From NCBI GenBank assembly GCA_016748015.1, contig JAAOMT010000372.1, forward strand, positions 62,001-126,000: a stretch of 64,000 nt of DNA, given 5' to 3'. Each line of letters opens with the position of its first letter. Position 1 is the stretch's first letter. The notes under the pieces were generated by a model, which made no database searches, had not been told where the DNA came from, and worked only from the letters and a program-made list of their open reading frames with translations. This document shows positions 51,309-64,000 of the stretch, piece after piece. The DNA is from Geosiphon pyriformis uo1. Its lineage: Eukaryota; Fungi; Glomeromycota. Made by a program: the position numbers and the translations under genes.

Positions 51309-54300
51309 TTAATCTTGTCTTATTCTTAAGAGACTATCAACATTGGTATGTAGTTTTCCTGGTTTGTGGTGTACAATATATCTGTAGTCTGCTAAGAAGT
51401 CATTCCATCAAGACTGTTTGGCACTTTATTCAGTTTTCTTTTTATTGAGCCATTTGAGGCCAATGTTGTCCGTTATTATGTCAAATTCTTTTCCATTCTT
51501 CAGATATTGTTGAAAATGTTTAAGAGTCCAAATAACTGCAGCAGCTTCTAATTCAGTTGAGCCATATTTGAGTTCTGTTGGCTTGAGTGTTTTGCTGGCA
51601 TAGGCAATAACTTGTTCTTGGCTATTTTCATCCAATTGTGATAAGATGGCACCAAATGCTATGTGTGAGGCATCAGTGGCTAATTGAAATCATTTGTTAA
51701 AGTCTGGATAAGCAAGAACTGGAGCTGTTGTCAATTTTGTTTTGAGAATTTCAAAAGCTTTTTGTTGTTCTTCAGTCCATTTGTATGGTACATTTTTGTT
51801 GGTAAGATAATTGAGTAGTTTGGCAATTTCTGAGAATTTTTTTATGAATTTTTGATAGTAAGAGGCTAATCTTACAAATCCTCTTAGTTCTGTAGTATTT
51901 CTGGGAGTTTGAAAGTTTTTGACAGCACTGATTGTTCCTGGATTTGGTTTGATTCTATTTTTACTAACTATGTGTTCAAAAAAGATCAAGCTTGTTTTTC
52001 CAAAATGACATTTCTCAATATTTAACTTTAATTCTGCTTTCCGTAATCATTGAAAAACTTCTCGCAGGTGAATGAGATGGGCTTCAAAGCTTGATGAGTA
52101 TACATCAGTATCATCAAGATAAACAACTACTGATTGCCACAAGAGCCCTTCATAGACAACATCCATGAGTCGCTGAAATGTTGTTGGTGCATTGCAAAGT
52201 CCAAAAGGCATAACATTAAACTCATAATTTCCTCCTTGAGTGGTGAATGCTATTTTGGGTCTATCTTTTGGGTCCATTTCGACTTGCCAGTATCCACTTT
52301 CCAGGTCTAAAGTTGAAAAGAACTTGGCTTTTCTCAGAGCATCTAGCATGTCATCAATGCTTGGAAGAGGGTAGACATCTCCAATTGTAACACTATTCAG
52401 TTGTCTATAATTAACACAGAATCTGATTTTTCCGTTTTTCTTTTTAACTAAAACTACTGGTGAGGCTCAAGGACTTCTTGATGATTGAATCAATCCGTTA
52501 TTAAGCATTCTTTGGACCTCTTCTCTGATGAATTGGTGGCTAACAGGTGGCATTTGATAAGCTTGTTGATGTTTTGGTAGAGCATCTCCTGTATGGATCT
52601 GATGTTGAACAATGTTTGTTTTTTCCAAGACATTGTTGTCTTTTGCAAATATATCTGCAAATTCAGCTATCAATTGTTTCAATTGTTTTTGTTGTTGAGG
52701 TTCTAAGGGACCCATATTGATTTGAAAGAGTTTTTCTTTCAACAAGTGGTAGTTTTCAGTAATGGGAATGATATTTGGATTTGGGAGTAGAGTGTGCTTT
52801 ACAATTTCGATAAAATTAGAAACAATTTGAGGGTTTTCATCTTGAAAGATATTGCTGTGTATGATTCCAATTTCTAATTTGTTTAATAAAACAATAGGGT
52901 AATTATTAGGGTTGTAGAATATAACTCAAAATTTTTTCATTTCTTTAGGAATATAAACGTTTGGAATTGATATTTTATGCTTCAAACAGATTTGTTCATT
53001 GGATTCAAAAATTTGTTGTGTAGTGGTGGGTTTTAAGCAAGTATAAATTTCGTGATGTTCTCCAAAAGGTGAAATAGTAATTGGCTGAGGAAGTTGAAAA
53101 ATCTGGTGAGCTTCATTTTGTGTATTAAGAACTATGTTTACTGGGACTGTAAATCATCCAGTTGAACCAAAATCTTGAGTTCCTCTTTCACTTTTTTCCA
53201 ATTGTTCTCTGTTGTTTACTGATTGTAAACCCGAAATGTTGATTAAGGGTAAGTAAATTGCTTGAGCAATTTTTTCAGCATGTTCAATTTTGAATGGTTT
53301 GTCTGTCTCATTCTGTAACATGATGGTAATGTCTCCAGTATATCCTGCATCTATAACTCCTCCTCTAATATTGATTTCTTTGCTTGCCAATGATGATCTG
53401 GAGGCAATTTGAATCATTGCTCCTGGTGGAATTTTAAGAGCAATTTTGAGATTGATTTTTGTCAAAGACTTTGGTTGGAGAATCAAAGTATCTTTTCCTG
53501 GGTATCTTAGGTNNNNNNNNNNNNNNNNNNNNTCCATTGATCAATGCTATTGCTAGGTCAAAAATCATTTCAGCATCATGAGGGTAGTGGTAAAGTTTAT
53601 TGAGAGCACTGTTGTATACTGCATCAAATGGTGTTCCTCTTCTGACTTTTTCCGAAATTGATAGAGCATATTGACAGGTTTGATCACATACTCCTCCTCT
53701 CATTGCTACATCAATCCAATTGCATTCTTCTGGTAGCATTTCTCCACATGTAAGACAAGATGTGTTGTCCCATTTTCCACTTCTTTTTGGAGATCCAAAT
53801 CATTCTCTATGGCATGCTTTGCAAAAGTAACAGGTACAAGTTTCATATTCCTCTTCTGGAGAAATACATGCTCTCATTGATGAAAGTTTTTTGTTGCAAT
53901 CTTTGCATTTGAGTGGAATATAGGGTGGTTGTTTCTGTGGTTCTGGTGTAGAATATCTAACTTTCTTCCATCCCCTTGATTCTTCAAAAATCTCTTGTTC
54001 AGTTTTTTCAGCCCAATTGGATGTTGATCCAAAAGCCATGTAGGTTTCAGTAAGTGGCATTTCTTTTTCTTCTTTAAATTCAAATACTGGAGCTTTTTCT
54101 GATTGTTTGTTAAAAGTACCACAGGTTGCAGGTACTATGGTATATTGTCCTTGGTATGAGATTTTAAGTTCTTGAGTTTTTCAGTTCAGGTTTGCATTGG
54201 CCTTGAGAAACCAATTATTTCCGACTAGAGCTTGATATTAGGATGCATTCATAACAAGAACTTTAATTGAAATGGTGATTCCATCAATTGAAAAAGGGAA

Positions 54301-56549
54301 ATCATCAATTTCTCCTACTGGAGTCTTCTTCATACCATCAGCTGTGACAATAACTGTTTGAGCTGGTCTGTCTACATTTCATTTGAGTTGTTGCATTAGC
54401 TGGTAAGTGATAATACTTCCAGCTAATCCACTATCTAAGATTAAGTGAATGGGTTTTCCTTTNNNNNNNNNNNNNNNNNNNNNNNNNNNNNNNNNNNNNN
54501 NNNNNNNNNNNNNNNNNNNNNNNNNNNNNNNNNNNNNNNNNNNNNNNNNNNNNNNNNNNNNNNNNNNNNNNNNNNNNNNNNNNNNNNTGGTATATTGTCC
54601 TTGGTATGAGATTTTAAGTTCTTGAGTTTTTCAGTTCAGGTTTGCATTGGCCTTGAGAAACCAATTATTTCCGACTAGAGCTTGATATTAGGATGCATTC
54701 ATAACAAGAACTTTAATTGAAATGGTGATTCCATCAATTGAAAAAGGGAAATCATCAATTTCTCCTACTGGAGTCTTCTTCATACCATCAGCTGTGACAA
54801 TAACTGTTTGAGCTGGTCTGTCTACATTTCATTTGAGTTGTTGCATTAGCTGGTAAGTGATAATACTTCCAGCTAATCCACTATCTAAGATTAAGTGAAT
54901 GGGTTTTCCTTTTACTGTAGCTTCTGTGTACATGGCAGTAATTGCTTTCTGTTCATTGACTGCTGCATTACTAAGCAGAAATGGTGATTCATTTGCTTCA
55001 AATTCAAATGGAAATATATCTGACAGATTAGCATTTTGGGCAATTTAAGCTGGTGGAATGATGTAGTTGGAAGGGTTTGATCTTAGCATTGCAACTTCAT
55101 CTTCAGAAAGTGCAGTTTGTTAAAAATCCGATTTCTCTGGTATTGTAAGATAACTGGGTTGAGTGTGATAGTGATTGGGTCTTTGCTGACCCGAATTTCG
55201 GAGAACCAACTGGTTATTTGGATTGATTCTGTTGTGGTTATTCTGCAATTGANNNNNNNNNNNNNNNNNNNNNNNNNNNNNNNNNNNNNNNNNNNNNNNN
55301 NNNNNNNNNNNNNNNNNNNNNNNNNNNNNNNNNNNNNNNNNNNNNNNNNNNNNNNNNNNNNNNNNNNNNNNNNNNNNNNNNNNNNNNNNNNNNNNNNNNT
55401 TAATCAGTTTGTCTTTTAACCCTGCTATAAACTGATCCAGAATTTGAGCATCAGAATAGTAGTCATTGGTTTCCAATTGTCGGATTCATCTAAGAAGTTT
55501 GTTAAATCTTCCAAGATAGGTCATAACAGATTCAGATGTTTCTTGTTTGATATTGTAAAAGTGGTTTCTGAGAGTAATAGAGGTATTGTTGTCGGTGAAT
55601 TGTTGTAGAAAAGCATCTTTGAATGCTTGCCAGTTTTCAAATGGTTCTTCTAAATTTTCAAACCATTTTTCTGCTGTTCCTTGGAGAAAGTAGAAAATTG
55701 CTTTAAGCATTCTTGCTGCAATCCAACCATTTACATCTTCTGCTTTTTGAACTTTGTTGAGTCATTCTTGAGGACTGGTATCATTGTCTTCACCAGTAAA
55801 TTCTGGGATTTTTGCAATGTAAGCAGTTGCCATTTCTTCTTTTTTTCTGTAATTTCTTTTGGTTCTGATTTAGTTTCTTTACTTTCCAAGCTTTCTGAAT
55901 GATTACTTTCGTTTTCCTGTAAGTAATCAATGATATTGGCACTTGTTGATATTGGTTCCTGCTGTTGAGTAGGGTTTTTAGGTGACTGAAAATCTTCTAG
56001 TCTGAAGAAGTGGTTGAGTAGTGAATTTGGTGTTTGTGGTTGAACAAGTGAAATTGGAAATGGTGTAATAGAAAGTGGTAATTTGACACTGGTTCTTTGT
56101 TCAGGTGTTTGCAAGTGTTTGGCAGTTGTTTTTTGTAATGTTAGAGTGTTTGGAGTGGTTTTTGAGTATTGCTTCAATCTTTGTTTGCCTTTGTTGCCTG
56201 TTTCTGTCTCTGATTCAAAGTTAAAAAAGTATTTAGACTGTACTGGGTATTTTTCTTCACAATACTCAATAATGTTAAAATTAAGTTCTTGGAAGTAGGT
56301 AGCAAGTGTTTCACTGTTCAGGTTTTCTGTTCCTAATTGTGAATAGTGCACTAAATTATTGTAGAGGTTGCTTCTAACTTCTGAAATATTGTAGTTTCCA
56401 AAAAAATAATTGTTGATACGGTTTTCAATGTATTGGTATACTGATTTCTTTACAACTTCAATTCTGTTTGGAATGTTGAATCTTTGCTTGCAATGGGTGT
56501 AAATTGACTGGTAATACTCTAAAGTTGCTGTGTCTGGTGTAGTCGCCAC
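51309..56549 (-). pseudogene. gag-pol: A4 ORF1 polyprotein (gapped)
   Basis: Extension ORF 55731-56549, gag, PR, Cys fingers, dUTPase 53154-53512, RT YLDD, RNase H. Confidence 0.9.
53513..55399. other. Three assembly gaps (N runs 53513-53532, 54463-54587, 55253-55399)
   Basis: N characters; a 325-bp exact duplicate flanks the middle gap. Confidence 0.99.
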
Positions 56550-56594
56550 TTTGAATTTGTTGTTGCTGTGTTATTTCTATGGGAGAGCACCAAA

Positions 56595-57565
56595 TGTTAC
56601 TGGAGGTTTTTGGTCTCTTTTCTTAAATGTTGTTGATGCCTGTTTGTTGTGAATTCACGTTTTTTGGATGTAGTTGAACCTCCAATAACTGAATTTATCT
56701 TCAAATTATCTTCTATAATTTGAACTGTTGGGCTTATAAGTGGAATGGCCAATTCCTTGCCAGTTGTTTTATGTAGTTACATTGTAGTAAACGTCAACTC
56801 TTTCCCAGGAATTGCTCATCTAGAAGCTCACTAAAATGTATAGTTACTTTGCTGTGAAAGTCAACTCTTCTACAGGAATCTTGTCTGTAGGCTACCCTAA
56901 TAATTGTAATAAGAAAAGAAAAGAAAAATAAAAGAAATGTAAAAGAAATAGAATTTTGTTAAGAGAAACGTTTTCTATCCAGGCCTGGAGTCACTAACAG
57001 TTTACTGAAATTGGTAGCTAATCAATTTCGAAATGTTAGTTGGATTTTTGGAGATTTTCTAAATGCAATAATTAAAGAATTTTGGGGGGTTTTTTTTTGA
57101 TATTTATTTCTTTTTTGTGTGTGTAGGAATGGTTTTAAGTAATAAATCTAAAATAAGATACATTTTCCAGAAGAAAAAAGCTCTTTTTTTATACAACAAG
57201 TTGTAGTACTAGTCTATGAACTTGCACTTTTTCTCTTTGCTCAAATTTCGGCAAACTAAAGATACATTTTGATAAACTACAAGTTATTTTGCTGAACTAT
57301 TGATTAATTTGGGTGAACTATTCATAATTTCGGCGAATTTCTGTAAATTTCGGCGAATTTTTGAATGTTACAAAGTTCAGGGTATTGTGTAATTTGATCA
57401 TCCTACTTTCTGTTATACTAATTAGATTATTTTAATTGAATCGTAATATGTGATAATTGATTAAATAATAAATAATAATTTGAAATAATATTAATATACT
57501 AATGAATTATAGGAATTATAAGAGTAATTTCATGCTAATTAATAGCTAAAATTCTACTGGTAACA
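56595..57565 (-). repeat. A4 5' LTR
   Basis: Followed by PBS TGGTGCTCTCCCATAG. Confidence 0.95.
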
Positions 57566-57862
57566 ATGAACATTATGTGAATTTTAGCCAAAGTCTCAAC
57601 TGATTTTGAGCAGAAATAGAATATATTTATTTTATTAGTATTATTAATATAAAAAACACTAAAACAAAATACTATGAAACACATATTATTTGATTTTACT
57701 TATAGAAGAACAGCAATATTACCAATTAATTTCACAGTAGAAACATATACAATGCAACCAATTAATAAAGAAAACTTTCAAGAAACACTTCAAAAAAAAG
57801 CCTATATTCTTCTTAATACATTAGAAGAAAAAAAACACATAGCAGCTACTTATATTGAACAC

Positions 57863-58066
57863 TGTTACAGGTGATTATTTTAGGTCTCAAAGCAAATAAC
57901 AAACCCATAACTTGGTGCTCAATTAATATAATAATGTTGATTATTGAAAGTGGTCTGTATCTGAAGGTTTTAGTTGAGTTCTTTGTATAATAGACAGAGA
58001 TTCAATAGTTGTTTTTAGTAGCCTCCCAGAATCACAATTCTGTCAATTCTTTTCTTGGCTTAGTGG
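57863..58066 (-). repeat. Terminal ~200 bp of another family-B LTR (B4), inserted in the A1 integrase and itself interrupted by B3
   Basis: Ends AAATAATCACCTGTAACA; divergent paralog of 58067-58270. Confidence 0.75.
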
Positions 58067-58955
58067 TATTACAGATGATTATTTGGGGTCTCAAATCAAA
58101 TAACAAATCCATAACTTGGTGCTCAATATCTTGACAATGCTGGTGATATTGATATGTTGGTTGTATCTGAAGGTTTTAGAGTTGAGTTCTTTGTATAATA
58201 AACAGAGATTCTTTGTTAATGTTATTTGCAGTTTTCTTGTAAGTTGTTTCCCAATTTCTTTCTTAGCTTGGTGGCCAGATTTATTCTGGCATTTGTGCCC
58301 TTCTGGTAAGTTATCTGATAATATATATATAATTCTACCCTTATTTCTAGGTCTTTTACCAGACTATCCGTGATGTCAATAACTCAGTGCTTTAATCTTC
58401 AATCAAGTTTTAGTAAACAACAAAATCAAAATAAAAAAAAAATAAAAAAAAAATAAAATAAAATAAAAGAATAAGCCAAGGTAATAAACAAGTTAGTATT
58501 CTATCAATAGCCATAATTAAGAGCTATTGGTCCAGTGTAGTTAAGTATCAGTTACTATCAACATAAAGTATTGATAATGGAAAGTAAATGGAGATATGAA
58601 ATAATTATTTATTTGATGATTATGAATTGGAAGGTTGTTTAAATGAAATCTAGACTGAGAGATTTTTTTAACTACTGAGTTCTCTCTTTTCTACTTCTAA
58701 TGTTACCGTTATATATACATAATTGATGTTCTATAAGATTGCTCACATTCTTAAGCAATGTGCTATAATTTCTTGAGCAATGCTCACATTGCTGAGCAAT
58801 ATGTCTTAATTTCTGACATTACTCCACATTGCTGAGCAATGTGCTATGTTTCTTTGACATTGCTCCACATTGTTAAGCAATGTGCTCATATGCTAAATAC
58901 TATTTACTTATTGGTCTATTATTTTTCTATATCTGTTTTCTTTTCATGAGTAACA
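58067..58955 (-). repeat. B3 3' LTR with CACATTGCTGAGCAATGTG palindrome array
   Basis: TGTTACTCATG start at 58955; decayed GTAATA end at 58067. Confidence 0.88.
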
Positions 58956-58967
58956 TTATCTCCTCCT

Positions 58968-59601
58968 TTAATATTGAGCTCTGTCAAAATTTTTATTTTG
59001 AATTAAGTCCAAGACTTCTTTTTTAAGTACTGCTTGTTCAATTTTGGCTTGTATGTTTTCAACTTGTGCATTGTTCATTCTTCTCCATTTTAATGGTTAT
59101 GGTTTCCATGTCAGAGTGTAACAGTATTTCTGGATAGTTCTGAAATATGTTGTGCAGTCAGTAAATTGTTCTCACATGTAGTGTTGAGTTTGTTTTCTTT
59201 CCAATAAATTCTTCAATTTGCTGTATTATGTTTTGGTTAAATATTCTCTTGGATTTGTCAATATACAACTCCTGAATATTCAACTTTCGACCCAATTGGT
59301 AGTAACAGTATGATATTGGAAGTTGTTTTGTCTATTGTTTCCAATTCTTTTTTGTAAGTTCTTCTGTTGGTGCCATAATAGGTATTTTCCCAAAAGTGTT
59401 CTTTACTTTTTCTATTATGTTATCTGACCAGTTTTTATTATTCTTTAATAACCGCTAATATGGTGTATTTTTTGTCTTTTTTTTGGTGTTTTGATAGCAA
59501 ATTGTTTGGTTGTTAACAATAACTTCCATGTCTAAAGATTGTTGACTTAAGGCCTGGAATAATTGCTAAGCTATGGTGTAAATATGATCTGGTATTTCCA
59601 T
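58968..59601 (-). pseudogene. B3 ORF3
   Basis: ATG MEIPDHIYTIA; integrase stop TAA lies 56 nt upstream. Confidence 0.78.
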
Positions 59602-62600
59602 TTTTCTTGGTTGCTTTTGTCACATATACTGTGTCTTTATATACTTTTTGTTTGATTTTACGTGTTTGGTTCAATGATTATGATTGGTTTCAGATCTCGT
59701 GGAATCTCATTTGGTTGGACTAGTATTCATTGTATTCCCAGTTGTGAAATGTTATTGGTAGATGATGATACTATTTGGTAATATGGTTTTAATCAATCAC
59801 TATGTGCTGCTTTGGTTAAGATTTTGTTGTTCTATCTTAATTTATAAGTTCTATTTTCAAGAATTTCTTCTATGTAAAATGGTCCATCCCATTTGGGGTT
59901 GAATTTTTTACTCCATTGTTTTTCCATTTTGGTATAATGTAGAAGTACTTTGTCTCCAATCTTGAATTTAACTGGTTTATCTGGTAATTGGTTATTGTGT
60001 CATTCTTTTTGCTTTTTTTGTGACTTTTGAATGTTATCAGCTGCTCTTTGCCATGTGTTTTCTAGTGTCTACATTAAGTCATATGTTCTTCTTAACAATG
60101 TTCTTCGGAAATTCTCTTCTGTTATTGGTTCTGTTAGATATGTCTTAACTTTTATCTCAACTGGTAATGTTGTTGTTCTACCATATATTAATTCAAATGG
60201 TGTTGCTTGTGTAGTGTCTTGTTTTATTGTTTGATATGCAAATAATACTGATGGTATAATCAAGTCCTATTCATCTTGGTTTTCTTGACTGATTTTGGCA
60301 ATTGCTTCACACAATGTTCTATTAAATCTTTCAACTAGTCCATTGGTTTGTGGATGATATGGTGATGATAATGGTCTTTTTATCCCAAATCTTTGACTTA
60401 ATTCTGCTAATGTTCTATTTACAAAATGAGTTTTTTGATCTGATAGTAGTTCTTTTGAACATTTGTGTCAACATATTAAATCTTGATGAACAAATTTGGC
60501 AATGGATTCTGCATCTGCTCTTTGAATGGTTTTTGCTTCTGGCCATTTTGTAAGATAGTCTATAGCTACTACAATATATCTGTTGCCTCTATTGGTGATT
60601 GTTAATGGTCTGACTAAATCAATTCCAATGCGATCAAATGGTTGTCCTACTTTGATTGGTCTTAATGGTTCACTGGGTTTTGTTTCACCTCTTCTTTGAC
60701 AAGCATTACAACTTTGAACATATTGGATAATGTCTGAATACATTGATAGCCAATAGTATCTTTTTCTGGTTCTTTCTATGGTTGCTTCTTTATGAAAATG
60801 TCCTGCTGTTGGATCTGAGTGCATGTTAAACAATATTGTTTCTTTTTCTGATTCTGTAATTACTCTGGTTAGTTGGTCTGAATTTCTTCTGTTTTTCTGG
60901 TAAAGTATATTTTAATGATTGATGAAATATTTTGATTGCTGTTTTATGTTGCTTTGTTCTTTTTGAGATAATTTCTTCTTGAATAATTGAGTATTTATAT
61001 AATGCTGGAGTTGTTGGTATTTTTGTGTGTTCATCTTTTTTTATATTTTTGGGTTGAAATGTTTTTAAATTTGGCTCATTTGTGACAATCTGTTAGCATT
61101 TCCATTGTTTTTTCCCTTTTTATAATGTACTGTATAATTGAATGGTAAAAGTTCTATTTTCCATCTGGCATGGCAATCGTCTACAAATTTTTGTTTCTGA
61201 ATTGAAGTCAATCCTTTGTAATCCATATATATTTCAAATTTTTGGCTCAAGTATTTTCTCCATTTGATAACAGCCCAATAGATTGCTAAGTGTTCCAGTG
61301 CTAAAGTTTTATAATTTCTTTCAGCTGGCATTAAACCTTGGCTGGCATATGTGACTGGATGTTCCCTTCCATTTGGTCCTCTCTGTGACAGTATTGCTCC
61401 CAATGCTTGGCCTAATGCATCAGTAGTAATAATGAATGGTTTGTTGTAATCTGGATAGATTAGTACTGGAGCTTGTATGAGCTTTCTTCTTAGAATATCA
61501 AAAGCTTTTTGTTGTGCTTCTGTCTTTTCATATTTTGCATTTTTGGTTTGGAGATGATTAAGTGGTTGGGCTATCTTAGAAAAGTTTTTGATAAAGTGTC
61601 AATAATAGTCTATAAATCCCAAAAATAACTTTAACTCCGTCACATTGGTTGGTATTGGAAAGTTCTTGACTATTTCTATTTTTTCTGGATCTGTTTTGAT
61701 GCCATCTTTGCTTACTATGTGCCCTAAAAAGTTCAATTCTGTCTTGCCAAAGAAGCACTTATTGGCGTTTAACTTTAGCTCTGCTCATCGTAGTCTTTCA
61801 AACACTTGTTATAGATGATGCAAATGATCATCAAATGTTTTGGAGAACACATTGATGTCATCTAAATAAACGACTACTGATTTCCACAATAAGCCAGTAT
61901 ATACTATTTCCATTAGCCATTGAAATGTGGCTGGAGCATTTATCAAGCCGAATGGCATGACTTCAAACTTAAAATTCTTTTCTCTTGTCATAAAAGCCAT
62001 TTTTTTTTTGTTTGCTGAATTCATGACTACTTGCCAGTATTCACTGTCTAGATCCAGTGTTGAGAACCATTTATTTCCTCCAAAAGCATTGAATAGCTTC
62101 TGGATTCACAAAGTTGGATAGCTGTCTCTACGAGTAACTCCATTGAGTTTTCTGTAGTCTACACAAAATCTGATCTTTCTATTCTTTTTCTGGATGAGTA
62201 CTACTGGTGATGACTATGGGCTCATAGATGGCTGAATTAGCCTGTTGTCAAGCATTCAGTTGATTTTATGGCTGGCTGGTGGTACTCTGTATGCTTGTTG
62301 TTTAATTGGCATAGCATCTCCAGTCTTGATCTGATATTAGATGATGTCAGTTCTGCCAAATTTGTTTTCGCTAGTGAAGATGTCATTGAAGTTGTTGAGT
62401 AATATCTTGAGTTGCATATGTTGGAGTGGATCCAAATTTCCAATGTTTATTTGTTCTAATTGTTTTGGTTGGAGCAAATAACATTCATTTCATCTGTAGA
62501 TTGTTTATGATATAATATCCACATATTCACATAGCTGTGGAAAATCTGGAATAATGCTTGGTGGTTGATTTTCTAATTCAGAGCTCAAGTATCCAATGAT

Positions 62601-64000
62601 AGTTCCTTCTGGTATTGTAATAGCATCTCCTATTGTGTTGTAAATGGGAATTTTGATATGGTTGTGGCTTTTGGCTGGTATGTGGAAATTAATGAATCCA
62701 ATCTTTCCTGATTCACAAAGGCTTGTTTCTGCTTCAAAAATCTGATCCTTATCTTTCACTTTTCTCTCTATAACTACCATGTACTGGTTATATAATGGAA
62801 TAGAAATTACTTAACCAGTTGAGATAATTTTTTCTTGGTCAGTAATTTCTTCTTCTGTTATATTGACTGGTACATTTATTCTATTCATGGATCCAAATCC
62901 CTGTATTTCTCTAGCTGTTATCCCTAATTCTTCCTTTTTTCCCACTGACACTAATTGAACTATTTTCACCAGAGGTAAGAATATTGCTTGTGCTATCTTT
63001 TCATTTGGCTCTATGATATAGATCTTTTCTGAGTCATTTTGTAGCATTGTCATGATATTTTCTATGTATTCTGTGTTAATTATTTTTCTCCTAATGTTGA
63101 TTCCCTTTTTTGCTAAACTACTCCTAAATGCTAATTGAACCATTGTTGTTGCTGAGATTTCCAGTGCTATTTTGAGGTCAATGCATGTGCACGAATGTGG
63201 TTCCAATTTGATGGCATTTTTGCCTAAATATCTCAGATCAAACTTAGCATCAGTATTATGCATGTATTCTGACATAATACCTTCATTGTTATCGCTAAAC
63301 CATTTAAGTTCCTGTTTCTTTGTGAGGTCAGGGAGTGCAATATATTGTTCATAGTTTGAATCGGAATTTGAATTTGAGTTATTTTTATCACCATATTGAA
63401 TGGAGTTGGAACTGTTGTTTTTGTTATCGTCATTGTCGGAGTTTGAATCAGAATTGAAAATTGATTTTGATTCTGATGTACAGTTGCAGATTGGTTTTTC
63501 TTCCTCTGAAATTGTGTAGATTATGTGTGGTGGTGGATTGTAAATAAGGTCACACTTATTACAATATTGAAAGTCACATGAAATCAAACAGTGATTACAT
63601 AGTTAAATGTTGATTTCTTCCAAGTGTTGCTTCTGCTCTTTTCTTGTAGGTGCTAGCTCTTGATAATATTCATAGAATTGTTCTGGATCTAGGAGATTTA
63701 TGACTGGTTCTGGGTCTCAGTTGAGTTCTATAGGTTCAGGTGGGTTATTTTTAATTGTTTTTATCTCTTCTGATGTCATTCCTTCAATTTTGCTGAGTGC
63801 CATTCGCCAGATTTCATCATCATTATGTGGACATCCATCCAGATGTTTGACGGCTTGTCTCCAGACAGTGTCTATGGGCATTTTTTTCTTCACCCAGTCA
63901 CTTATGAGAATCATGTATTGACACGATTCATCGCACATTCCTCCTTGCCCAGAAATGTTGTTTCATATTCTTTCATCCAGAAGAGTTTTTCCACAAGCCA

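Larger units (their letters stand above)
48037..57565 (-). mobile_element. Full-length family-A element A4 (with assembly gaps), TSD ATGA
   Basis: LTRs 48037-49037 and 56595-57565; ATGA at 48033-48036 and 57566-57569. Confidence 0.95.
11738..57862 (+). mobile_element. Family-A element A1, host of the large nest (own sequence 11738-16706, 45640-48036, 57570-57862; 3' end not in window)
   Basis: Sequence rejoins across the A2 insertion (TSD ATGT) and the A4 insertion (TSD ATGA); colinear with A4. Confidence 0.88.
58067..64000 (-). mobile_element. Family-B element B3, 3' portion (Cys fingers, dUTPase, RT, RNaseH, integrase 59658-61034, ORF3, 3' LTR)
   Basis: ORFs 62811-63587, 61809-62024, 61065-61403 and 60468-60833; PPT AAAGGAGGAGATAA. 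Confidence 0.92.

Noticed and set aside
54138-54912. Apparent tandem duplication of the protease region in A4 (54138-54462 = 54588-54912)
   Set aside because: The two copies appear identical and flank a 125-N gap, which points to an unmerged contig overlap

Overview
AT-rich eukaryotic repeat region with no recognisable host gene. It consists entirely of nested, decayed Ty3/gypsy-type LTR retrotransposons from at least three lineages, which I label A, B and C, plus a D-type gag relic. LTRs are TGTTAC...GTAACA with 4-bp target-site duplications (TSDs). Reconstructed nesting: C1(-) 1-5348 sits in the pol of B1(+) 5349-9491. B1 sits in a D-gag/C2 relic 9492-11737. A1(+) starts at 11738 and hosts A2(+) 16707-45635, A4(-) 48037-57565 and a B4 LTR end at 57863. 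A2 in turn hosts B2(+) 22739-32898 and A3(+) 35780-45635, and B4 hosts B3(-) 58067->64000. Comparing copies shows an unusual three-ORF organisation. ORF1 is one frame in A and B: a probable GUG-initiated N-terminal extension, AUG-Gag/CCHC, protease, three Cys fingers, dUTPase, a dUTPase-like relic, RT and RNase H, ending at a conserved stop. ORF2 is a free-standing integrase with its own AUG after an A/C-rich spacer, seen in all 8 copies and all three lineages. ORF3 is a conserved ~210-240 aa non-Env protein beside the 3' LTR. All copies are pseudogenised by C>T/G>A transitions. A Glomeromycota-like fungal host is an unverified inference.
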